From Azolla caroliniana (taxonomy: Eukaryota; Plantae; Polypodiophyta), in assembly GCA_043228905.1 (NCBI GenBank), contig JBHGNT010000005.1, positions 4,402,001-4,466,000 on the forward strand: 64,000 nucleotides of DNA, in the 5' to 3' direction. A model generated the notes under the pieces. That model searched no databases. It was given only the letters and a program-made list of their open reading frames with translations, and was not told where the DNA came from. A program made the translations under genes and the position numbers. This document shows, in pieces, positions 40,877 through 51,838 of this stretch (position 1 is its first letter; each line of letters begins with the position of its first letter).

Positions 40877-41034
40877 TTAACGTCTTCTAAGACCAAAATT
40901 GGCCCACGAGACACTTCGTTTACAACCAAATGGGGTGTGTACCCAATCATCGAAAATATAAAAAATAAAAAATAAAACCTAGATAAAAAGAGTTCTAGTA
41001 TTGTACAAAATGTGTTATGGTTTAACATATTCTA

Positions 41035-41077
<43 letters not shown>

Positions 41078-41390
41078 TGTGTGTGTGTGTGCGCGCGCCC
41101 CCCACATCCACACATCATTTGCTTGAGCACCTTTGCTTCCTTTTTAGGGGTTGGGATAAGGGTAGGGCCAACCAATGATATTTGTCGCGGATTGGGGGTG
41201 AACTCAATGAAAATGTAGGGGGGGCATTTCATAGACAAAATAGGAAGACTGGCTTTTTTCGCACTTTTTTGTCGTTTCATTTCTTCTTCTTTTGGGTTGG
41301 GGGAATTTATCATGTTCTTTCGATATACAAATCCATGGAGTGCGGCAAATATGCAATTGTATTGTCAATGTCAAATATTGCGAGTGGATT

Positions 41391-41871
41391 TATCTTGACT
41401 TTACTTAGACACCCAAAAAAGAAAATATATATCGAAATCTCTCTCTCAAAATGATAAATCACACACTCAATTACATTGTCCTTTTGAAAATTGGTGTGCC
41501 TAAGCCTATGATGTAGTGACTTCAAACTATCCTCATTTCGCTTATTGTGTGCGCCTCAAAGAGACTTACTATTAAACCTTTCAAAATTGTCTTTTATATT
41601 TTGTGTGTGCTCGAGTCTTGAGATGTTCTCATATCTTGACTTGACTTGGACACCCAAAAAAGAAAATCTCTCTCTCTCTCTCTCTCTCCAAGAATGATAA
41701 ATCACACACTCAATTACATTGTCCTTTTGAAAATTGGTGTGCCTAAGACTATGATGTAATGACTTCAAACTATCCTCATTTCGTTTATTGTGTGCGCCTT
41801 GAAGAGACTTACTATTAAACCTTTCAAATTTGTCTTTTATATTTGGTGTGCGCTCATGTCTTGAGAAGTTC
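41391..41871. repeat. ~241-bp tandem duplication
   Basis: tatcttgactt...aatgataaatcacacactcaattac...gtcttgaga occurs twice (~41391 and ~41632). Confidence 0.9.
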
Positions 41872-43232
41872 GTATGTCATTGAATGATGCTTGAAATTCT
41901 TCATCTGGCATTTTCCCACTTTCTTCTTTTCTCATTGAGATTTTGTGTCAACGAACCCAAATGTGTTTACACTGAGAATGGGTAGAATTTCCAAGAGAAT
42001 ATCATACACACAAGCACGAGAACTATACATGGGGTGAAAGAAAAGAAAGGAATATCTTGCACGAGTTCTTTAAGTATATACCCAAAGGAACTTTATTAAT
42101 GAGTGACTAGAATGTCAATCAAAAGATTGATGATGCATTGGAAAAATTTGTTGAATACATGATATAGGAAACAATGGATGAACATGAAAGAAGACGTCAC
42201 TAGATATAAACCATCTATGTTAGATGCAGTCAAACCATGGTCTAAGACCCCACCCCACTCCTCACCATTTGTACATGGTTGAAGATTTATACAATATTCA
42301 TTTTCCATTTCGTATATACATAATACCCTTGTACATATATGTAAAAAATGTATTTCCTTTTTTGACAAATGTTAAAGATCTTTCCAACGTCTACATTGGA
42401 AGCATTTTGATGTCACCTTTTATGTCTATGCTAATGAATCCCCTCTTGACCACAAATCCATTTGAAGATTTTCAATATATATATAATATGGTAACAAAAA
42501 TCAAAGAAAATATAATAGTTAATGCCTCTTGCCTTGAAACCCAACTTCTTTACTTTTCTTCTTAACTCGATAAAGTGAAGCTTTATCCTTTAAATTGAGA
42601 GTGATATTGATAATCTTGCAATTGTGACGAATTCAACTTCTTCATCGTGTGATTGATCTCGTTTCTTCTCTACATACGCGTTTCTTGGTATAATGATGTG
42701 CCTATGTGAAGGTGGATGTGATTAGAAGGAACAAAATTTTGCCAAGTAAATATATGACACATGTAAATTTGAAATAAATAAACAAGCTCATGCGTTACGA
42801 AAATCCTTAAGATATAGGCATATTTGAGTGATATTCCTATACAGATATAGAGCTAGAGAGTGAGGACCTTAGAGAAAGTGGGATCAAACAGAGAAAGAGA
42901 AAAGAGGGAACAATCACTACTTGATTCTCACCATTAAACATATAAAAATAATATTTGAATAGAATGATCATGCTTTTCAATTCTTTACAAATGTTTATAG
43001 TTTTATGACCTACATTTTCCACAAGGTTACGGAACCCTTTTTTGAGCCGAGTCACAACAAGTATAATTTTGACAAATGTCAAACATGGTTTCCTAATCTC
43101 TTCAAAGAGACTCACAAACATGAAAGTTGGAGTGTGATCAATGGTGAATGAAAGCAAATCAATGTCGACAAACAACTGACAATCATGAGAAGGTGAACAA
43201 ATATCAATATCAACGAACAAGACAATAGTGTG

Positions 43233-43352
43233 GAGCTTTTGCTATTCGACATGTTGGTTGATGTGGGTATGGTGGTTGTGTTTTCATGTATGAGTTATTT
43301 GTAGCCTTTGGGCATCTTTCCATCAATACCAAGGTGGATATTCAAAAAAATA
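43233..43352 (+). mobile_element. 5'-truncated LINE 3' tail with a ~14-bp TSD
   Basis: Matches 49815-49945 (tgtagcctttgggcatctttccat..), ends in an A-run and is flanked by aagacaatag(t/a)gtg. Confidence 0.8.
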
Positions 43353-43643
43353 AAGACAATAGAGTGAGGCATCAATGTGAATCAAAGCTAGTTGATGCAA
43401 ATAATGGAATGTAAGAGAAGATCATAGTTGAAGCTCGATCGTATACCATAGAATTTGACATGAATCCATAAGGTGCCTTGCATGACCCACATAGCCACAT
43501 AGTACAATCTATTTTTATTTTTGAAAACAAATAGCCATTCTAACCACATCAAAAGTCTAGGGTAACGTGGTTGCCGATGTAGGTGCATTCAAATCCTATT
43601 CATTGCCCTCGATGTAGAGCACATTCACATGTACTAGATTTTA

Positions 43644-43902
43644 TCTAGTAACGTGGTTACCCCATACAAATGATTTTCCACGGGCTTGCTTTTTAACAAC
43701 AAACCTTTAACTAATTACACCACCCAAGTTTCTGTGAACAACCTAGTTTTTGTAAACAACACACTCGTTTGAAAAGATTTAATGTATTGTGCTACTTGTT
43801 GGAGTGTAGCATGGTTAATTCATATGAATTTGTAACTGCCCACTTTTCTTAACGTCGTTTGGTAAGTACCCGGCAACGCATGTGAGATCCAATTAATACT
43901 AG
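43644..43902 (+). mobile_element. Possible small non-autonomous Helitron
   Basis: A|TC...CTAG|T ends with a degenerate GC-rich subterminal segment (cccggcaacgcatgtg); the hairpin is imperfect. Confidence 0.25.
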
Positions 43903-44205
43903 TTGATCATTCAGTTGGACAACCCCAGAAACTCTCGTTAAGCGTAATACATAAATAATTCAAACTAAATCAGTGAGGATTGAATACATTACAAACTTTA
44001 CAGTAGTGTGATTATGAGTGACGAAACTAATTTTGGATAATGATTCAATTATTTAAGTAAGTAATATACACATTATATTTGCATTCATGTTAGTTTAAGC
44101 AAATGGATTAGTGTGACAAAGGCATGTTTGATTTGGCCTCCAACAAGGAAAGCTTAATCATATCTAATAGTATTAATAATTATCCTCGCATCGTGTTAAT
44201 TTGCT

Positions 44206-46150
44206 TTACAACAACCATCTTTTGTCTCTCTCATCTACAATGTGTGGATTTTCAGTTAACAAATTCTCCCAAAAATTGTCATTAGATGCATAATTTCTTA
44301 AAACACTTGTATTATTCTTAGTATCTTTGTTATCATGGCATTTGAAATTATTAGTACCATCATAAACCTGACAAGAATATTCCTCTGATGACGAACAATC
44401 ACGAGCGATACTTGAGTTTGTTAACGTTGATGGCAATAGTGGTGGTATAGGATCATGTTCCCATTGGGTACCAGTCACTCCGGAGCCTTGACTTTGAGGG
44501 CTTTTGTCTCCATCATCATCATCATTTTGCCCTTCGTCGAGATCAATAATGGAATTTGCAACTTGTAGATTCACGAGATTCCCCTCAAACAACGATGTAC
44601 GTCTCGTGTCATCGAGACTTTTCAACATTAGATTCTCTGCATGTATTATAGCATCTACACTTGTGTCGACAACATCGTGGGTTACACTAGTAGAATCCAC
44701 ATCCACTACACTTATGTTGGTGTCGATATCATCATGTGTGCATGAGGAGCCCATATATCTATTGTGATTGTCGACTCTAGCCACCTTAATCACCTCCTGA
44801 TGATAATCATCATGGTTTATATCATCTATTGATCGAATTCTCTTATTGGCATTAAGCCTTAACTGCATTGGAGACACCATATTATTGTCACTATTATTAA
44901 GATTGTTGTCATTTTGATATTGGTGTACAATTAGGTCCATGAAAGACCCCGGATTGTGCATAACTTGTGCTAAGAATCTTATCACCTTCTTGTGTTTATC
45001 CTCCAAGGCCTCAAGGTGTTGACCAAGGATCTCGAGATCCATTTCTGTTGCCTTTTGTTGTTGTCGTAGATTGAAAAGCTCCGATACGATTAAGATCTTG
45101 TCATGTTTCAGCCGTTGAATTTGCTCTTCCAAGTCTATGTGTGTGGGATCATTACATGATGTTGAGGAAGAGACATTGGAATCTTTTTGCGATTGTGAAG
45201 GATGTGGTTTGCGACGGTGAATATGTTTTAGAGACTCCTTGTTGCCTTTGATGAACCCATCATTAGCGAATTCCCATCTATCAGGGTCAATTTTGTGGAA
45301 ACCCTACATTAATAACAATATCATAATAAAAACAAACCATCAATACAACCACTTAAGGTAGTTACCACTCAAATTAAGCCAGTGTTACAACACCGCACTT
45401 GAGGTAACCATTCAATGGCATTGCACTACATCAAGGTGACCCCTCAAAGCCATTATTTAACTTAGGATGACCACTCAACATTTGTAACACATCAAGATGA
45501 GCATATAACATATCAAACGATGACATAAGACATGAAAGTGACCCTCAACTATTAGTGTGGATCCTCCAAATCACCACATCAAAGCCATTGTGCCGCATCA
45601 TGACTACCATAGAAGATATCAAGATGACCAAACACAAGAAAGGTCATTGCAACACACTGACATGACCACTTACAAGGATTGTGCCATGTGAAGTGATCAC
45701 ATGACACACAACGATGATTATATAGCACCTCAAGATGAGCATAAAGTACAATTAGAGCCCTTCCAATAGTACCTTGACCAAACACCAATATCATGAACAT
45801 GAAGTTTTTTTATTCATTTAGATGTGCAAGTTTTCATGACCGGTCATTGTTGCAGAATTAGCACAAATTAATTGCCAGTATTATTGAAAACAACAACATG
45901 TATTCTCTCTAATTATGAAACAAATCAACGAATTCATGCACAGAGATTCAACGAATCCTTACATATGTATTGAGTTGTCGGACAAAACTCGAGAAGTTGT
46001 TGTGTTTGAAGTATTGAGGGAGTAGATCTTGAGAGAAATGTGAGACATTCCACACCACGAAGCTATTGTTATTGTCACTCCAGGACACAATATGGTCGGT
46101 GATAGGGTCATCGACCATTTCATATGTCTTTGTAAGGAAAGGAGGAGGCC

Positions 46151-46182
<32 letters not shown>

Positions 46183-46214
46183 GCAATTTGAGATCTTTTA
46201 TGTTCAGGACCCAT
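44206..46214 (-). CDS. HSF: Class A heat-shock transcription factor, 2 exons, 449 aa
   Basis: Exons 46214-45963 and 45303-44206, with the conserved intron at LNTY|GF in the DNA-binding domain ([30 protein letters not shown]). It has an extended class-A HR-A/B coiled coil and the AHA motif DNFWENLL. Confidence 0.94.
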
Positions 46215-46254
46215 GTGTGCACAACATTCACTATTTTTTATTTATTTCTATTTT

Positions 46255-46660
46255 GTTGATCCCTAATCTCACTTGATTAGCCCTAACCTTGGGTGATTAG
46301 TTCCCTTGATTATATAGTTAGTGCTCCTAATCTCACTTGGGATGTGTCAGTGTTCTTAACTTCACTAGGTTAAAGCCTACCCCTAAGGGGATTAGTGTCT
46401 CTTAATTCCACTTGATGTAAGCCCAACAAAATTGAGGTGATCAGCGCTCTCAATCCCTCTTGATTAAGCCCACGTGGATGTGATTAGTGCTCTGAATTCT
46501 ACTTAACTCAGGCCACCTGAATGTGATTAGTATCCTTAATTCACTCAGTTGACTCCAACCTTGAGGTGATTGTGTCCTTTAATCCCACTTGATTACCTCT
46601 ATCCTTGAGGTGAAATAGTGGCCTTGATCCCGCTTGATTAAGCTTAATCCATGAGGCAAA
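46255..46660. repeat. Degenerate ~45-bp tandem array (~9 units) directly upstream of the HSF ATG
   Basis: Consensus ~gtgattagtgctcttaatcccacttgattaagcccaaccttgag, recurring every ~44-48 bp. Confidence 0.7.
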
Positions 46661-47203
46661 CCCAACACCTTATAGGTTCACTGGAATTGAATTTTGAGTG
46701 ATGAATTGAGATAATTTCTGAAGCAGTACAATTACAGGGGGTGGGGGAGGGGGGGAGATAACAAAGAAAAGGAAAAGGAAAAGAAATCAGGAATGATTTT
46801 AATTATGGAGATTGGTTCCTAAAGAGCTTCTGAGGGATTGCTACTTCTCTAAATAGTTTTTTAAGCTAAGAAGGTTAAAAAGGAAAGGGGGGGGGGGGGG
46901 GAGAACCGATTCCTCTTCTTCTTTCTTTCTTTCTTCTTCTTCTCGTCGTTGTCTTCAGAGGAAAAAGTCTCTGCTTTTTTTTAGGTTTTAAGTTTTTCTT
47001 TTTTTGAACATTTTCTAAGGGTCACTCTTTAGCACATCATTTCTTCAAATTGCTTTCTTTTTAAGCCCCCCCCCCCCCCCCCCCAAGGGAAGGAGGACCC
47101 CACACCTTTTTAGTGGCTTACGTTAGATTATAAGTTATAACACACATATGCAAATTAGCCTCCATGTTTTCCTCATGCCCTAAATTATCGGGGAATCCGA
47201 CGA

Positions 47204-47256
<53 letters not shown>

Positions 47257-47294
47257 TGTCATTGTTCACACCATCTCGCCCCCCTTCGTTCATT

Positions 47295-47740
47295 GCCTTG
47301 ATGTATTCGGTCTCAAAGGAGCAAAGGAGCCTCGTGATGTAATCGGTCTCAAAGCAGCCTCGTCCAAAATGAGCGCATTTATAACCATTTCTTCGTGAGT
47401 AAAGAGCAAGAGAGATTGGCCTCACCATCACCCCCTTCCCCCCACCACCACTTTGTTGCGTTGATGTAATCGGTCTCGGTCTCTAAGGAGCCTTGTTCAA
47501 ACTGATCGCATTAAAAAAAATCGTCGTTAGTAGAGAGAGAGAGAGAGATTGGCCTCGCCATCACCTCATTCACATTGATGGAATCGGTTCTAGGAGCCTC
47601 ATTTCGGGAAAAACTGAGCACGTTAAAATTTCTTCGTGAGTATAGATATAGAGTGGAATTGTCATCACCATCATCTCATCTCGTTCACATTGATGTATTC
47701 GGTCTTAGGATCCTTGTTTCGAAAAATGAGAGCGTCAAAT
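47295..47740. repeat. Degenerate ~115-128-bp repeat (4 units plus a partial) upstream of HSF
   Basis: Variants of tgatgta(a/t)tcggtct...ggagcct occur at ~47299, 47334, 47462, 47576 and 47691. Confidence 0.7.
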
Positions 47741-49169
47741 TTCTTCAAACTTCGAACATTATTGGTCCAATTGTGCAATATGACGGGATGTGGAGGGACT
47801 TGGACTGCTGACTTTGCTTGCCTGAACGTAATCGACAAAAATGAAAGAACCTTTCATTTCAAATTCTTTGCATTAGAATTGTTTGTTTACTAGCGCAAAG
47901 CGCGATAATGCTCATGTTAACATAAATGCATACATTTATAGGGTTGAACCCTACCCTATTTGGTTTTTTATCTTGAATATATTATTGAGACATGTTCAAC
48001 ATGAGACATATCAATACACATGTATGCATACGTATATAATGATGGCAATGTGATAAACTTAATTTTTGATGCTCCAATAGCCTCTTATCTATTTGCTACA
48101 AGTACGATGTCCCCGTCAAAATAATGCAAATACTTATTATAGCAAAGACAATTTCACCTAAATTAGATAGATTTGTGTGTGTGTGTGTGTGTGTGTGCCA
48201 GGCACATACAATCTCACAATTGTTATCAATGCACCTTTCAAGGTCCATGGATGTATAATTGTATCCATATCCTACTTATGGGTTCATGTCTTCGCAAAAG
48301 TAGAATGTGTGTGTGTGTGTGTGTTAGATGAACATTTAAAGCATGATGACAGATGCCCATTCAAGTTTAAGGATCGGGAAGTTTGAACTCTACTAGAGAT
48401 TTAACATTAATTAAAATGATCACACCTTACCATTAGTCTTCATTGCTTTTCACTAGTATTTCAATTTGTATATCAATAAACCACGCAAATAACTAACATA
48501 TTAGACCACTCTAGGTTGTCCATCCCACAAGAAAGCGTTTTGGATTGCCAATCATGCCATAATCCAACCTTGTAAGAGCTCAACACAAGGTTGTTGTCAT
48601 CGATAAAACCTAACATGGTCTAAATATTTGGGCTACCATATGATTCTCCAAATTCAATAGCCCCTCCCATCATTTATTTGGTGTACATGTGTAACCAACC
48701 ACCCCAAGTGATAGTATAAATGAACCATATTCATTCCCGCATTTACTCCTCCAACACATTGTTTACAATATATCATGTGTGTCTTCTATAAACAAAACAA
48801 TTTTATCATCATCGTGTTAGAATATTTCTTAGATAATACAGTCCCATTTGTGCCATGTCCAAATTCTCACTAGATAATACTCGTTTGCTTGAATTAATCA
48901 TTGCCATATTTGAATATTGTTGGGTAGCTATTTACCATGCTTGAAGCCTTAATGGACAACCTTCATTCACAATTATTTTATCAAACCCTCCTCACTAAAC
49001 TATACTCATCACATTGGCGTGTTCTCTATGGTCAGCACTCATTCAACCCATGCCACATTTGAACCCTCCCTAGACAATTATATCCACTTGCCAATGTTGT
49101 GTTCAAACCCATTAAACTCACCAACCAATACATCTTTGCATATAATACCCTTAACTTTTAATTGTTTTG

Positions 49170-49950
49170 TATATTAATGGTCGGAAATCTTAATGTGAAG
49201 TAATGGATGTGGGGGCATTACCATGATTAAAAATGTGATAATTGTGGTTTTCCCATTGAATCGGTTCACCATGTTTTATGGATATGTCCTATTGTTAGAG
49301 CAGTTGGGAAAAGGACTTTGAGAATTTTGTATCTTATTTATGGTAAACAAGTGTACACATGGGGTTTTGTGAGATGGTGAAGGTTGGCTGAAGAAGTAAA
49401 GAATTATGAAAATGAGTATGTTGATTTTCTGCTCCTCTCCGATGGAAGACATGTATTGGAGGTCTCTTATCCTTCAACAATCCGTTGTTTGGAAGAGGAC
49501 AAGGTTTGGTCTACAATATCTTCTTTAGTAGTTTGGGTATTGTGGAAGACAAGATGTAAATGTGAATTTCAAAAAGTCAAACAAAATGTTGTTGAGTTAG
49601 TCAAGGACATATGGTTGATGCTCATACATACTCTAAGACATCAATATGAGGCAATAACTGGTGAGATTGATGTTGTGTTTCGTAAGCAACAACACTTTCG
49701 AGAATTTTGGAAAAAGGCAGAGGTCTTCACCTCTTTTGGGGAGAGAATAAAGTGGAGATATGCTCCACCAATATGGTTTTTTACGTCCCCCATCTTGGAA
49801 GGAGCATGCATGAGGGCTTTTGCTACTCAACATGTTGGTATGTTGGTTGAGGTGGGTATGAGGGTTATATTTTACTATATGAGTTTTTTGTAGCCTTTGG
49901 GCATCTTTCCATTGATACCGAGGTGAATCTTTATTCAAAAAAGAAAAAAG
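49170..49950 (+). mobile_element. LINE ORF2 3' end (zf-RVT and C-terminal region), 3' UTR and A-rich tail
   Basis: 'CGFPIESVHHVLWICPIVRAV' at ~49243-49305; ORF 49384-49893 contains 'VWVLWKTRCKCEFQK'; the element ends in tattcaaaaaagaaaaaa. Confidence 0.8.
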
Positions 49951-51119
49951 AGAGTTGAAATATATGTATATGAACTTAAGCATGTTCAAAGCTATTCACA
50001 AAGAGAATGAGCCAAAGGGTACTTAAAGAAACAACGAATGGGATTGACTAAAGACCGCATGATTTTGCATCATCCAAATGTTCCAAAATCTTATCCAATG
50101 GAAAAAAAAAGGGCATCATCTTGTATCTTATTGGGAAAGAGGCAAAACAATAATAGAAAAGAATTTCCCAATTGAATATTTGGGAATTGAGTCAATGATT
50201 AACTTTGATTTAATAGACAAGTACACAATGTGTGAATCATTGTTCTCCCGCAAAAGAGAATGCAAATTCACCATCTCTCTAGGTGAAATACTACAAAAAC
50301 TATAAACAGTAAGTACTCCACAAGGACAAGACCTTGTTTCACTAGTGAACACAATTTCCTATTTCCCTAATTTAATATGCTTTTCCTTTCATCCCCCAAA
50401 TTTCGAGATTTTCCAAAGAGTATTTCCATGAGCTTTGAACCCAATCAGGGAGGAAGTGTCACCAAATGTCACGAGCTAATAATACAACCATCTTGATTTG
50501 AACACATATGCCACCCACTTCAATCGCCAATAAACAAGCCTAGTTAATGCTTCTAGTAGTGGTGGCACAATGGCAAAATGGTTTTCATTTATCCATTGTC
50601 TTAAACTATATTTATGCGTTGAAGCCCAAAGTTGTATCATATGGTTGTATCTTGAGACCTAACTATTAGAGACATGTACTAAAGTAAGCATTAGATAAGG
50701 ATAGATCTAAGTAGATAGAAAGAAAGGAGAGAGAGAAAGAAGGGTGCCGATCCACCCGACCACCCTCGAGCGAAGGGATCGAGACGAACTCGAGCCTCGA
50801 TCGGCGTCCCATACCACCGCCGTGGCGTCGAGTGGTACCTGGTGTTGGTGCGCTCGCTAAAAGTGTTGACCCACCACAAGATAGAGTCTCGACGTAGTCA
50901 ACATGATCATCAAATGAGGGTAGCTAGGCCTCTATTTATAGCGATACCCAAGGCCCCCAACCATGTTCACACTTGGCCTAATGGGTTGTCTCAATCTCGA
51001 GGATTTAAAAGTAATCCTCCCCTTCTTTACACTCTCGTTTAACCCTCACACTTATCCACATGTATAGAATACTACAGTAAATTCTCACCACGGGATATTA
51101 TATGGTCATGCCCGTAACA

Positions 51120-51838
51120 TACTCCCCCTCTTTAAAACATTGCACTCTTGCAATGGAAAGTTAGGGAAGTTAGTTCTGAGAGTATTTTCGCGTTCCCATG
51201 TGGCATCTTTTATTGATTTATCCATCCATTTTATTTTAAATTCTCGGATTTATTTAGTACGTAATTTTTTTGTTTTAACATCAAGAATTCTTTCTGGTAC
51301 ATGTGGTTTAGAAGATAATTCTTCAGAAGTAACCAAAGTTTCAGTTGTAACTGTATTGTCGCCAGAACCTAGAAGTTCTTTTAGACGACTCACATGAAAG
51401 ATTGGATGAATTCCAACACCATCAGGAAGAGCGAGACGATAGGTTGATGACCCAATGCGTTTGAGGACTGTAAAAGGTCCACAAAACCGTGGGGCTAACT
51501 TAGCGCACTTACCCGTAGACAATGTCTTAGAATTGTGAGGTACACGTAAAAATACCTTTTGAAATACCTTCTGTCTAGGGTTGAATACACGAGGTTTCCT
51601 ATGATGATCGGCATAAAAACACGCTCTATCTTGAGTTATTTTTATATTATCTCGTGCAATATGCAATATAACTTGCATATCCCAAAGAAAGTTTTGCGTA
51701 CTTCGCAACTCATCATGATGTATATTAACATCAATCGGGGCTCGTGGCTGAAAACCATACATCAACATAAAAGGACTATATCCCGTTGACGTATGCTTGG
51801 AGCTGTTATAAGCAAACTCCAGAATTGGGAGATAACGT
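51120..51838 (-). pseudogene. Element A integrase C-terminus, GPF motif and chromodomain
   Basis: 'YLPILEFAYNSSKHTSTGYSPF', 'KLAPRFCGPF..HPIFHVSRLK' and 'PERILD..*IREFKIKW..DATWE'; one in-frame stop at 51250-52. Confidence 0.88.

Noticed and set aside
45340-45780. Degenerate catcaagatgacc repeats or a possible poison exon in the HSF intron
   Set aside because: The repeats are too diverged to delimit and no convincing splice-site pair was found.
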